Positions 21,385 through 31,640 of a stretch of 64,000 bases of DNA are shown in pieces; the first letter of the stretch is position 1, and each line of letters opens with the position of its first letter. Origin of the DNA: Bacteroidota bacterium (GTDB lineage: Bacteria > Bacteroidota > Bacteroidia > Bacteroidales > GWA2-32-17); contig JBBIRU010000026.1 in the NCBI GenBank assembly GCA_037441645.1, positions 13,435 to 77,434 of the forward strand, in the 5' to 3' direction. The notes below the pieces were generated by a model that was given only the letters and a program-made list of their open reading frames with translations, was not told where the DNA came from and searched no databases. A program made the position numbers and the translations under genes.

Positions 21385-24339
21385 ATGAATTTAATTAATC
21401 AACTTCATAAAAGGAAGATGGTATGTCTCAGATACATCTTTTTTTTCAGAGTGATTTTTATTGTAACGATAATCTCAACAGGCAATGTATTTGCCCAGAA
21501 TACTCTTGTAACTGAAAAAAATACCAGTTTATCCAAATCTTTTACTGCTTCACCCGATTCGGTTTTGATAATTTATAAGACAGCAACGACATTTACGAAT
21601 ACAGCCACCTCCTCTGGTACCTGGGAAACAGCGGGAAACTGGTCGCTGGGACATGCACCATTAAATACGGAAGATGTTGTTGTACCTGCAGCCACAGCCA
21701 TAACAATAAATTCTGCAGCAGTGTGCGCCAGTTTGACTATTGTATCCACAGGGCAACTTACAATAAATTCAACAAACGGTTTAACCATCGGTGGTAGCTT
21801 GCAGAATGACGGAACTTTTACCGCCGGGGCAAATACAACTCTTACTTTTAACGGAACTATTAATTCTACGGTAACCGGATCCGGAACATTTACCATTAAT
21901 TATATTGTTTTAAACCTGTCTTCAAAGACAACGGTTTTGGATATTCAATCAAATAATTTTATTACAGGAATTAATTCCGCAGCAGGATATAATTTTACTT
22001 TTACATGCGGCACTTTCAAATATAATAATACGGCTACCTTAACAAATTGTCACGATAACGGCTCTGCAACGGCGCTTACCATTCCTTTTAATGTAATAAT
22101 TGAATCGGACCTGGGAACACTTAATTTATGCCCGAACGGAACAAATAATAGCGTGATATTGTCGGGTAAATTATATATAAACGGCGGAACGGTTAATGTC
22201 CAGAATAGTCAGGTACTGAATTCCGGGTATGATTTTGTTTATCAGGTTAATGGCGGTACGCCGCAATTATATGTTAATTCAGGCACCTTAAGTATTGGTT
22301 CGGGTTTTCATGCAAAAGCCGGTACTGATTATATAGATTTTAACATGACCGGCGGAAATATAATTTTAGCCGATCAGGGGATGTCATTGTCTTATACATT
22401 TCAATTAGCTAATGTAACCGGAGGAAGCACAACCATGACAGGTGGTACAATAGTGATTCAGGATGCATGTAATGCTAATTTTCCCGATATTGATATGGGC
22501 GGGGCGAATGTTTCGCCATATAATGTTACCGGAGGTACTATACAATTTGGTAACCCTTCAACCCAGGGTGGCTCAACATATTTTGGAATAAAACCTAACG
22601 GAGCACATAATTATCCTAACCTGGATTTTCAGTCGGGGATTGCAAAATCGGTGTCTGCCTGGGGTGCCGGTGATTTTAGCGTGATAAGTATTTATATCTG
22701 TGCATCCATGACGTTTAATGTATCCGGAACAAACCCAAACATTACATTTACAGGTACAAACGGTACTTTCGCATTAAATAATTCAGGAACATTCAATATG
22801 GGTACCGGTACTTTTACATTTAATTGTTCTGCAACATCCCAGCTTGTAACAGGTACATCAATTAATTTTAGTAACGTGGTAATTAATAATACTAACGGTG
22901 TTATTTTCCAGATGCCGACAACAATAACGGGAACACTAACCTTAACAAATGGTAATTTGTTAATAATGTCAAATACTATTACGTTTCAGGACGGGAATAT
23001 TCCTATTGCCAGGACAACCGGAACAATGTCTTATAATTCAACAGCTAATCTTGTTTTTGGAACACCCGGCCATACAGGAGGTGCGGCGTTTACAATTCCT
23101 GCAGGTACGTTTTTGAGCGGTGCGTCATTAGATGGTCTTACAATCAATCGTACCAATAGCCTTTCCCTGGGTGAAGATATGATTGTTAGGGGAACACTCA
23201 CTATGACAAGCGGAAAGATAAACCTGGCCGGACATACCTTAACTATAGGAACAGCGCCAGGAACTCCTGGTACATTATCGCATGCGGGGGTTGCTGCCAG
23301 CGGATGGATATATGGCGGAAGTTTGGTGCGATATTTTGGTACCGCCAGCATAGCTGATAGAAATGTTGCAGGTATGTTTCCAATGGGTTCGTCAACCGAT
23401 TTCAGACCTTTCTATGTTTCATACCCTGCTGCTGTTCTTACATCAGGAGGTACAATAACTCTTACCCATACAAATGCAAATACAACTGCGGACGTAAATT
23501 TTGCCGATGGAGGAAGCACTGTAATCCGCAGGAGCGATTCGTACTGGACCTGCTCTGCAGGTGGCGGAATGGCAGCAGCAGGAACTCCTTTTAACTTAAG
23601 TGCAGAGGGAACGGGTTTGGGTTTGGTAACTGATGTTTTGCATTTACGGTTAACATTGGCAGGAAGCGTGACAGGAACCGACGGAGCGCACAGTGGAACC
23701 ACAACTAATCCCCAGGTAAACAGAACAGGGCTTAGCCTGGTAAATCTTTCAAATAATTTTTATATGGGCTCGATAAACACGGCGTCCCCTCTGCCCATTT
23801 CATTGCTCAGTTTTGAAGCAGTATGCAACGGCGAAAGAGTCAACCTGAACTGGAAAACTGCTTCCGAAACCAATAATGATTTTTTTACAGTTTACAAAAG
23901 CGAAGATGCAGTAACATGGATTGAACTCAGCAGCATTCCCGGTGCAGGCAACAGTAATCAGATGAAGGACTATACTTTCGCGGATAGTGATTATCATGGC
24001 AATATTGCTTATTACCAGCTGAAGCAAACGGATTACGATGGCAGCGCAACCTGGTTTAATGTCTCGGCAGTTGATTGTTTTACAGGCAGTTTTTCGTTGG
24101 TACAGATATATCCAAATCCATTCAGTACGTCCGCAACCATCATGATAAATGATATATCTCAAATAATGAACTGCGAACTCAGAATATACAATGGCCTGGG
24201 AGAAGAGGTAATGAATACAAACGTTACCAAACAATTTACCACACTTGAAACAAGCAGTCTCCCTTCAGGAATTTATTTCTATAACGTGATAAATAATAAT
24301 AAAACCGTTCAGTCAGGCAGGCTGGTTTCTCTTCAATAG
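21385..24339 (+). CDS. Large Thr/Gly/Asn-rich T9SS-secreted surface protein (beta-helix-like passenger plus type A CTD)
   Basis: GTLTLTNG-type repeats, PLPISLLSF..WKTASETNNDFF module, C-terminal IYPNPF...SGIYFY...LV. Confidence 0.88.
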   Translation: MNLINQLHKRKMVCLRYIFFFRVIFIVTIISTGNVFAQNTLVTEKNTSLSKSFTASPDSVLIIYKTATTFTNTATSSGTWETAGNWSLGHAPLNTEDVVVPAATAITINSAAVCASLTIVSTGQLTINSTNGLTIGGSLQNDGTFTAGANTTLTFNGTINSTVTGSGTFTINYIVLNLSSKTTVLDIQSNNFITGINSAAGYNFTFTCGTFKYNNTATLTNCHDNGSATALTIPFNVIIESDLGTLNLCPNGTNNSVILSGKLYINGGTVNVQNSQVLNSGYDFVYQVNGGTPQLYVNSGTLSIGSGFHAKAGTDYIDFNMTGGNIILADQGMSLSYTFQLANVTGGSTTMTGGTIVIQDACNANFPDIDMGGANVSPYNVTGGTIQFGNPSTQGGSTYFGIKPNGAHNYPNLDFQSGIAKSVSAWGAGDFSVISIYICASMTFNVSGTNPNITFTGTNGTFALNNSGTFNMGTGTFTFNCSATSQLVTGTSINFSNVVINNTNGVIFQMPTTITGTLTLTNGNLLIMSNTITFQDGNIPIARTTGTMSYNSTANLVFGTPGHTGGAAFTIPAGTFLSGASLDGLTINRTNSLSLGEDMIVRGTLTMTSGKINLAGHTLTIGTAPGTPGTLSHAGVAASGWIYGGSLVRYFGTASIADRNVAGMFPMGSSTDFRPFYVSYPAAVLTSGGTITLTHTNANTTADVNFADGGSTVIRRSDSYWTCSAGGGMAAAGTPFNLSAEGTGLGLVTDVLHLRLTLAGSVTGTDGAHSGTTTNPQVNRTGLSLVNLSNNFYMGSINTASPLPISLLSFEAVCNGERVNLNWKTASETNNDFFTVYKSEDAVTWIELSSIPGAGNSNQMKDYTFADSDYHGNIAYYQLKQTDYDGSATWFNVSAVDCFTGSFSLVQIYPNPFSTSATIMINDISQIMNCELRIYNGLGEEVMNTNVTKQFTTLETSSLPSGIYFYNVINNNKTVQSGRLVSLQ

Positions 24340-24355
24340 TAAAGTTATATAACAA

Positions 24356-25105
24356 TTATCTCTTTTTTATCAGATCTAACACACCATTGATAAATGTTAG
24401 CGGATGAATAGGGTTGCCCGGCACATATAAATCAACAGGATATTTTTCGAGAAAACTGCGGTTAAGAGCCGGGCTTCCGGCAAAAATTCCACCGCTTATG
24501 GCATCGGTTCCTGCCAGTATTATAATTTTCGGGTCGGGTACTGCATCATAACAAATCTGTAATGGTTCGGCCATGTTTTCAGAAATGGGACCTGTAATTA
24601 CAATCCCATCGGCATGCCGCGGAGAGGCTACAAACTCGATTCCGAAACGCCCCATATCAAAATTCACATTTCCGCAGGCATTCAGCTCCATTTCGCAACT
24701 GTTGTCGCCACCGGCTGATACCTGTCGTAATTTTAAGGAAGAACCGAAGTAACCGTGAATCTCTTTTCTTACTTTTTCAGGGTTTAATTTGACGGGAGTA
24801 TCATTACCTTCCGTAATAATTAAATCTTCGCGCCGGTTTGCTGAAATTTTATAGTCTTTTGTGAACTTGATTTTCTCCGGGAAAATAAAAGAACACTCGC
24901 CACAAAAAGTACATTTTCCCAGATCAATACAAACCGGATTTACGGAAATGGCCAGGGTAGGACAAATATCCTGTAATTTGTTTTCATCAATTTTAACATC
25001 GGAGATTATCGGGCGTCCCCTGAAGATTCCCGGAACTTCCACTTTGGTAACATCGGGAATGAACTGTTTGCCCTGATGATATAATATTTTTACGTTGTTA
25101 AACAT
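24356..25105 (-). CDS. Ehr/Hyf-type small subunit: ferredoxin-like (NuoI/HyfH) domain fused to NuoB/HyfI domain with degenerate Fe-S ligands
   Basis: CP...CTFCGEC N-terminal domain; FVASPRHAD..ITGP; Cys sites read GGDNSCE, GTDAISGG, PGNP. Confidence 0.88.
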   Translation of the reverse strand: MFNNVKILYHQGKQFIPDVTKVEVPGIFRGRPIISDVKIDENKLQDICPTLAISVNPVCIDLGKCTFCGECSFIFPEKIKFTKDYKISANRREDLIITEGNDTPVKLNPEKVRKEIHGYFGSSLKLRQVSAGGDNSCEMELNACGNVNFDMGRFGIEFVASPRHADGIVITGPISENMAEPLQICYDAVPDPKIIILAGTDAISGGIFAGSPALNRSFLEKYPVDLYVPGNPIHPLTFINGVLDLIKKR

Positions 25106-25114
25106 ATTCTTTGT

Positions 25115-26614
25115 TTATAAATCGTGTCCGCAATAGGATAAATTAAAACTTTTGTTACATATAGGAAAGTCAGAAATTTCATTGTTTCTGACAGCCAAAG
25201 CCAAAGCCATCCAGTTATGAAAGGACGGATCTTTAACTTTATAAACCATCAACTCGCCATTTGAATCTGTAACGGCACAGTGACATATTTCTCCCCGCCA
25301 GCCTTCAACCAATGAAACAGCAAAAGAGTTGGGTCTGGGTGTACTTAATATGATATTTGTTGCGATTTGTTCCGGAATATTTTCAATTAATTTTCTGATA
25401 AGTTTTATGGACTGCCTTACCTCGTGTTTGCGTATCTGGATGCGGGAATAAACATCGCCATGGCGTTTGGTAATGGGTTCGTGATCCAGTTCAGGGTAAA
25501 GGTCGTGGGGATGAGAAATACGAATATCCCTGGCCAGTCCGCATGTACGTGCAGCCATACCCACAGCTCCGATAGTTAGTGCATTTTCGGATGAAACCGC
25601 CCCGGTGCGTTCAAAACGTGAAATAGCGCTGGGTAGCTTAAATAATTCATTACACATTTCATCAAAATCAGGCTCATAAGCCTTCAGTACTTCCATTAAT
25701 CTTTTGGCTAATGTTTGGGTAAGAGGATATTGATTGCGTCCGGCTCTTATTAAGCCTTTAGCCAGCCTGTTACCGCACCATTCCTGGAAATAATTAATGA
25801 TGGGAGTTCTCAATCTTCCAAAGACCGAACTGCCAAGCTGGTAAGCAATATCAGTACAGGCTGCACTTATATCCCCGGTATGAACGGCAATGCGCTCTAA
25901 CTCCAGTGCAAGTGTACGCGAAAGTTCAATTTCCCTGTTTGCTTTAAAACCGCATAAACCTTCCCATAAATTTGAAAAAGCAGTTGTGTGACCAACAACA
26001 GTATCGCCTGCAATATTTTCGGCTAAGGTTATTCGTTCAATTAGTTTTTTCTTTTCCGAAAATAACTGTTCAATTCCCCTGTGCTGATAGCCTAACTGTA
26101 TTTCGAGATGCAATATCTGTTCGCCATTGCAGATAAACCTGAAATGCCCGGGCTCTATAACACCCGCATGAATGGGGCCAACGCCTACCTCGTGCAATTC
26201 TTCGCTTTCAATTTTAAAAAATGGATAGCTGGCAATAGTTTTTGATTTATCTGTATTATTGAAAGCATAACGTAAAGGCTTTAACCAGGGATGGCCAATA
26301 ATATTTAAACCAAAATTTTCATGTATTTCACGTTCAAATTTTTCGAAGCACAGGTGCTTTGTTGTAAAGGAAGTCAGTTTTTCTGAAACATTAACAAGGC
26401 ACGACGAAATATGAATCTCATGAGTAGTATCATCGGCAATACAACAGATTAATTTTATTTTATCTGAAACTTTATACCCGAAATAACTTACACAATGTCT
26501 TTCGCGATGATCAGTTATTAGTTGTGTATTTGTTTCAAAAAAAGAAGGGTACCCTGTTTCGGGAATGTCCGGAATTGGGATAGCCTGGTTATTCAATACG
26601 GTGATATAGTTCAT
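25115..26614 (-). CDS. Ehr/HyfG-type large subunit (NuoC+NuoD) lacking [NiFe] CxxC motifs
   Basis: FEREIHE, GPIHAGVIEPGHFRF, GYQHRGIE, EGWRGE; L1 site reads ENIAGDT, L2 site DFPICNKSFNLSYCGHDL. Confidence 0.9.
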   Translation of the reverse strand: MNYITVLNNQAIPIPDIPETGYPSFFETNTQLITDHRERHCVSYFGYKVSDKIKLICCIADDTTHEIHISSCLVNVSEKLTSFTTKHLCFEKFEREIHENFGLNIIGHPWLKPLRYAFNNTDKSKTIASYPFFKIESEELHEVGVGPIHAGVIEPGHFRFICNGEQILHLEIQLGYQHRGIEQLFSEKKKLIERITLAENIAGDTVVGHTTAFSNLWEGLCGFKANREIELSRTLALELERIAVHTGDISAACTDIAYQLGSSVFGRLRTPIINYFQEWCGNRLAKGLIRAGRNQYPLTQTLAKRLMEVLKAYEPDFDEMCNELFKLPSAISRFERTGAVSSENALTIGAVGMAARTCGLARDIRISHPHDLYPELDHEPITKRHGDVYSRIQIRKHEVRQSIKLIRKLIENIPEQIATNIILSTPRPNSFAVSLVEGWRGEICHCAVTDSNGELMVYKVKDPSFHNWMALALAVRNNEISDFPICNKSFNLSYCGHDL

Positions 26615-26615
26615 A

Positions 26616-28046
26616 TTAGTTGGGTAATAGCATTATACTTTGGTTAATAAAGTGCACCAGTTCTGCCGGCGGGTTCAGGCCTAAATAAACGGCCAGCGCC
26701 AGCAAAACAAATTGCGTAACAGATTCCCACGGGCTTATAGTTACATTATGTTTATCTTCCGGTGACTGTGCCGGTGGTATAAACATCATTTTTAAAATAT
26801 TTTTCCCCAGCGCCCACATAATCAATGAAAATATAATTAAAATAACAACAAGTGCAATTATCTGGCGAGCTTCAAACATCGACCTGAAAACCAGAAACTC
26901 ACTTACAAATAATCCGGAGGGAGGCATGGCAGTTACACTGATGAGAACAAATAGCATAACAAGCGCTCCGGATAGGTTTTTACTGAAATAATTTCCTGTT
27001 TTACTGATAATATAAGTATGAAATGTACGGTGTATCTGGTCAATCTGGTAAAAAACGCTTGCCTTAACAAATGAGTGAAGTACCATGTGAAAAATAGCGG
27101 CAAAATATCCTATTCCTCCACAGGCAAGGCCAATGGCAGCCAGTCCCATGTGTTCCAGGCTGGAATAAGCAAACATGCGTTTTAAATGATTTACTTTTAA
27201 AATATATACTGCTGATATGAAAACAGTTAACAATCCACACCACAACAAAACCTGGTTCATCCAGGGCTGAATACTGGTACCTGCCATTAAAGAATAAGTA
27301 CGAAAAATTGACACGAACCCTACATTCATCAGGGTAGTTGAAATAAAAGCACTGATAGGCGGGGGAGCAACGGTATGGGCATCTACAGCTATGGTGTGCA
27401 TAGGGAAAAGCCCCATTTTAGTGCTGAATCCGACAATCATAAATAGAAAAGCAATTTTAAGCCAGAATGTATCTACGTTTTTGAGTTTAGCAGGTATTTC
27501 GGAAAACACCAGGCTTGGTGAGCCTGATTCCTGAAGCGCCCTGCTTAAAAAAAGAATTCCAACAAAAGCAAATGTTATACCTATGGAACAAATAAAAACA
27601 TATTTCCAGGTTGCTTCCAATGATAAATTGGTTCGTTCGTGATAAATTAACACTGCAACGCTTAAGGTGGTAGCTTCAATAAAAACCCACATAACCCCGA
27701 TATGGTTTGCAAAATAAACACACGACATCGACATAATAAGTAAAACAAGCGCAGCAAAAAATATACTTTGATTGCGATTATTGTCTTTTCTGTGTTTTAG
27801 ATATATATAGCTATGGAAAACGGTTGTAAAGCTCAATATGGTAAGTACTGTCATGAAAATAATGCCTACATGATCGAAAGTGAAAAAATCGAGTTCTGTC
27901 GTATTCAGATGAAAATAACCATAAATAGTCACAGAAGATTGCAATAACAGAAAAGCTGACAGCAATAATATTCTGACTACATTGTTGCGATTAAAAAACA
28001 GGCTAACGGCAAGTAGAAAAACAATAACAATATAAAAACTAAACAT
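26616..28046 (-). CDS. HyfF-like proton-conducting antiporter subunit
   Basis: WVFIEATT, EATWKY, KMGLFPMH, KRMFAYSSLEH, PPSGLFVSE. Confidence 0.9.
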   Translation of the reverse strand: MFSFYIVIVFLLAVSLFFNRNNVVRILLLSAFLLLQSSVTIYGYFHLNTTELDFFTFDHVGIIFMTVLTILSFTTVFHSYIYLKHRKDNNRNQSIFFAALVLLIMSMSCVYFANHIGVMWVFIEATTLSVAVLIYHERTNLSLEATWKYVFICSIGITFAFVGILFLSRALQESGSPSLVFSEIPAKLKNVDTFWLKIAFLFMIVGFSTKMGLFPMHTIAVDAHTVAPPPISAFISTTLMNVGFVSIFRTYSLMAGTSIQPWMNQVLLWCGLLTVFISAVYILKVNHLKRMFAYSSLEHMGLAAIGLACGGIGYFAAIFHMVLHSFVKASVFYQIDQIHRTFHTYIISKTGNYFSKNLSGALVMLFVLISVTAMPPSGLFVSEFLVFRSMFEARQIIALVVILIIFSLIMWALGKNILKMMFIPPAQSPEDKHNVTISPWESVTQFVLLALAVYLGLNPPAELVHFINQSIMLLPN

Positions 28047-28051
28047 AATGA

Positions 28052-28681
28052 TTAATCTTTTAGATGGGTTAAATTATCAACACTCATTTCCTCAAAAGTA
28101 TCACGGATTCTGTTTAAAAATATTCCCAAAACAAGCACACTTACAAATATATCCAGCATAATCCCGACATTTACCAGCATCGTCATTTCACTTCCAATCG
28201 CCAGCGATAATACAAAAACTCCATTTTCGATGACCAGGTAACCCATAATGTGGGTTATTATTTTTCGCCGGGTAACAATAAAATAAAGCCCGGTAAAAAG
28301 GGAGGAAAGCGCTACAATAAAAAATATTTTATCTAAATAGATATCTTTAATACTATTGGCAAGCAAGATGGTAGCTACAACAATAAGAGTTGTAATAATG
28401 AGGGATACAAAATTGGGTAAATAGGGTTCTGCTTCCCTGGTGATTTTGTTGCGCCTTATAATATATCCCAGAAAGAGGGGCAGGGCAACAGATTTGAAAA
28501 TAATAGTCTCTAACAGGATCAGGACAAGATTAAGTGTGTTTATTTCATTTAACTGAATAAATACAACAAAGAACAATAACACACCCTGCAGCGCCAGAAC
28601 TCTTACATAAGTCAGCATACGGTTGGCAATAGCCATGTAGAACAGGGTGATTAAAAATGTGATAAGCAATACATTTATCAT
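28052..28681 (-). CDS. HyfE-like membrane subunit
   Basis: LQGVLL, GYLVIENG, LDIFV; position between hyfC-like and hyfF-like genes. Confidence 0.85.
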   Translation of the reverse strand: MINVLLITFLITLFYMAIANRMLTYVRVLALQGVLLFFVVFIQLNEINTLNLVLILLETIIFKSVALPLFLGYIIRRNKITREAEPYLPNFVSLIITTLIVVATILLANSIKDIYLDKIFFIVALSSLFTGLYFIVTRRKIITHIMGYLVIENGVFVLSLAIGSEMTMLVNVGIMLDIFVSVLVLGIFLNRIRDTFEEMSVDNLTHLKD

Positions 28682-28701
28682 TTTTCAGGTTTTTATAATG
28701 A

Positions 28702-29607
28702 TTAAATAAATTTCCCCAGGATTAACAATACACCGAAAAAAATGAGAAGACTTACTGAAGTAAGTGCAAAAATAAACTGAGCGTTATGACTCATTCTGAA
28801 ACGGGCCATAAACGATTCAATCAGACCAATAAAAACAGCCATCAGAAACTGTACGGCAAAAAATAATGGAATTCCGTATTGATAAGGAACCATACCTATA
28901 AACAGGTTTACAACAAGTGCTCCGTAAAGAGCAAACTTCAGATATCCGGCAGTCAGTATAAGACCAAGATCAAAACCACTGTTGTCTAATATCATTACTT
29001 CGTGTATCATGGTTAGTTCGAGGTGAGTTTTAGGATCATCTATCGGCATCCGGCTGTTTTCTATCATTGTTATCATTACCAGAACAAATGTTGCAAGCGT
29101 TGTTAACGCATAACTGATGTACGATCCCAAATGCAACGATTCGAATATTTCCTGGAATGAATTGTGTCCGGTAAGTAAAGCCAGTGAACCCATGAGAATA
29201 AAAAAAGCAGGTTCGGCAAACATCGAATACAGTGCTTCACGGCTGGCACCCATTCCTTCGAAACTGCTGCCGGTATCCATGGCGGCAATGATGCTGAAAA
29301 ATTTACCTAAAGCAAGAACATAGGCAAAGAAAATAAAGTCGCCGTTAAAACTGATGATTCCTTTAGACTGTCCGAAAGGAATAACGAGCATGGCCATAAT
29401 TATGGACGAAAAATAAATGGTAGGGGCAATTCTGAATACAAATCCGGTTGTTTCACTATATACAGATCCTTTCTTAAAAAGACGGATAACATCTTTCAGA
29501 GGCTGAAATATTCCCGGGCCTTTACGCCCCGATGCAATGCTCTTTGTCCGGATAATTATACCCGTAAAAAAGATTCCTGCAATGATGATTAAAATTAAAC
29601 TCAACAT
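28702..29607 (-). CDS. HyfC/NuoH-like membrane subunit
   Basis: GRKGPGIFQP, DTGSSFEGMGASRE, ENSRMPIDDP.THLELTMIHE. Confidence 0.9.
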   Translation of the reverse strand: MLSLILIIIAGIFFTGIIIRTKSIASGRKGPGIFQPLKDVIRLFKKGSVYSETTGFVFRIAPTIYFSSIIMAMLVIPFGQSKGIISFNGDFIFFAYVLALGKFFSIIAAMDTGSSFEGMGASREALYSMFAEPAFFILMGSLALLTGHNSFQEIFESLHLGSYISYALTTLATFVLVMITMIENSRMPIDDPKTHLELTMIHEVMILDNSGFDLGLILTAGYLKFALYGALVVNLFIGMVPYQYGIPLFFAVQFLMAVFIGLIESFMARFRMSHNAQFIFALTSVSLLIFFGVLLILGKFI

Positions 29608-29609
29608 AT

Positions 29610-31640
29610 TTAAAGTTGTTTTAAAAAGTCAATAAAACCAATTACTTTGTTAATTAGAAAAGGAATAAATATGACTAAAATGATAAATATTAAACCATAT
29701 AAAATGTAGAACTGGATTTTTCCATTACTCAGAAACCGGAATTTATTAAGTACTGATTTAAAGGAATGCAAAGGAGCATCGATCAGCCATTTTTCAATTT
29801 TATCGTATGGCCGGGTTTCGTAATGGGCACGAGCAGGGAATATTCCCTGTATTTCCTTCTCTTTCCGGTTAAATAACAGAATGGTTCCAAAAAGTTTACT
29901 ATATGTTCTGACAAATGAACTGGCTGTGTATTGAAGTTTTGCAGTCGGAGCAATATAACCGCAGCCCCAGGTGGATGAAATAACAACCTTATGTTTTTTA
30001 GTAACTGTTTTTCTGATGAAATAAATGAAAATAATCAACAGAACAAATCCCCAGGCCGACCAGCTTATAGTTTGCAATGCATCAAAAAATTGGTTTTGAA
30101 ATGGGTTAATGTTGAGCGGCTGGGTGGTACCTGCAAATAAACCTGCCGGTTTTGCAAGTATGTTTAGAAAGATTTTTGGAAATAACCCGATGAGTATAAT
30201 GAATAAGGCTACAAGATACAAAGGTGTCAGTTGGATAAATGGTACTTCTTTTATTTCGTGATGAAATTTATGTCTTGTATTACCTGAAAAAACAACTCCG
30301 AAAGCTTTGGTAAAGCATAACATGGCAAAGCCTCCGATCATAACCAAGACAAGAACTGAAAGAATAATAGCTATAATTGAAATGACAGATGCACTTTGTA
30401 ACCAGTGAAAAAGTCCGCTATAGATAATAAATTCAGAAATAAACCCGTTAAAAGGCGGTATTCCGCAAATAGCAATAGCTGCAATTAAAAAAAGCAATGC
30501 TGTCCGGGGCATTTTTTTAGCTAACCCGCCCATCTGTTCAATATTGAGTGTATGCAATGCCTGGTAAACATTACCTGAGGTATAAAATAAAAGGGATTTA
30601 AAAAGAGCATGATTCAGTACATGTAATAATGCCCCGGCAAATCCCAGGGTTATTAAAATCTGATTGCCCGAACCCATTCCTATACAGCCAATCCCAATTC
30701 CAATCCCTATAATCCCGATATTCTCAATGCTGTGGTACGCAAGTAATTTTTTCAGATTATGTTGTACAATTGCCAGCATTACACCATATAACCCGGAAAT
30801 AACTGAAATTAAAAGGATCAGATAACCAACCTGGGTATAATCCGTTTTAATTAATAACAACATACGAAGAATTCCATAGATTCCGATCTTGATTAATATT
30901 CCCGACATTATACCGGAGATATGTGAAGGAGCCGCAGGATGAGCATAAGGTAACCAGGTGTGAAAAGGAACGAAACCTGCTTTTATGGCAAACCCGGTGA
31001 AAAAAAACAGAAATAAAGCGAAAGAAGCTGCATCCTGGTGAGTAGAAGTATATTCTGCTATAGCGCTGAAATCATAACTTCCTGTTTTATAGGCTATGTA
31101 TATAAAACCAAGCATGATAAATACGATTGAAACATGAGCCTGCATAATGTAATTAATACCTGCTTTTATGGTTCCGGTTTTCTCGTGTTCAAAAATTACG
31201 GCAAAAAAGGCTGATACAGCCATTACTTCCCAGGCTATAAGAAATGCAATACTGTTTTGAATAACACATATGCTTAAAAGCGAAGCATGTATTAAAACAA
31301 TTACGGCATAATGAAGTGAAATGTTATGAGTTTGTTCCTTATATGCTTTCATATAAAATAAACCATAAAAACACCCGGTAATAAAAACGAAGTTAAATAC
31401 CAGAATAAACCATCCGGAAAGTGCGTCGATCTGAAGATGTATGGGTGTTGTAATGATACTGCCGGGTAAAGTAAATTCGGTTACCTGGCCGTTCAGGGAA
31501 ATTATGGCAAAGTAACCGGATATGATAGCATTAAGTACAATGGCTGTGAATAAAACAATACCTTTCCACTTTACTCTTAAAAATGGAATTAGGAGTATTG
31601 TAATAAAAGGAATAAAAATAAATGCCTTTACCAGGTTCAT
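29610..31640 (-). CDS. HyfB-like proton-conducting subunit, copy 2
   Basis: KAGFVPFHTWLPYAHPAAPS, LLAYHSIENIG, NHALFK, PPFNGFISE, WGCGY. Confidence 0.9.
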   Translation of the reverse strand: MNLVKAFIFIPFITILLIPFLRVKWKGIVLFTAIVLNAIISGYFAIISLNGQVTEFTLPGSIITTPIHLQIDALSGWFILVFNFVFITGCFYGLFYMKAYKEQTHNISLHYAVIVLIHASLLSICVIQNSIAFLIAWEVMAVSAFFAVIFEHEKTGTIKAGINYIMQAHVSIVFIMLGFIYIAYKTGSYDFSAIAEYTSTHQDAASFALFLFFFTGFAIKAGFVPFHTWLPYAHPAAPSHISGIMSGILIKIGIYGILRMLLLIKTDYTQVGYLILLISVISGLYGVMLAIVQHNLKKLLAYHSIENIGIIGIGIGIGCIGMGSGNQILITLGFAGALLHVLNHALFKSLLFYTSGNVYQALHTLNIEQMGGLAKKMPRTALLFLIAAIAICGIPPFNGFISEFIIYSGLFHWLQSASVISIIAIILSVLVLVMIGGFAMLCFTKAFGVVFSGNTRHKFHHEIKEVPFIQLTPLYLVALFIILIGLFPKIFLNILAKPAGLFAGTTQPLNINPFQNQFFDALQTISWSAWGFVLLIIFIYFIRKTVTKKHKVVISSTWGCGYIAPTAKLQYTASSFVRTYSKLFGTILLFNRKEKEIQGIFPARAHYETRPYDKIEKWLIDAPLHSFKSVLNKFRFLSNGKIQFYILYGLIFIILVIFIPFLINKVIGFIDFLKQL

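Noticed and set aside
25115-26614. Functional [NiFe] hydrogenase or canonical complex I
   Set aside because: No Ni-binding CxxC pairs, no maturases nearby, and the nuo gene set is not present
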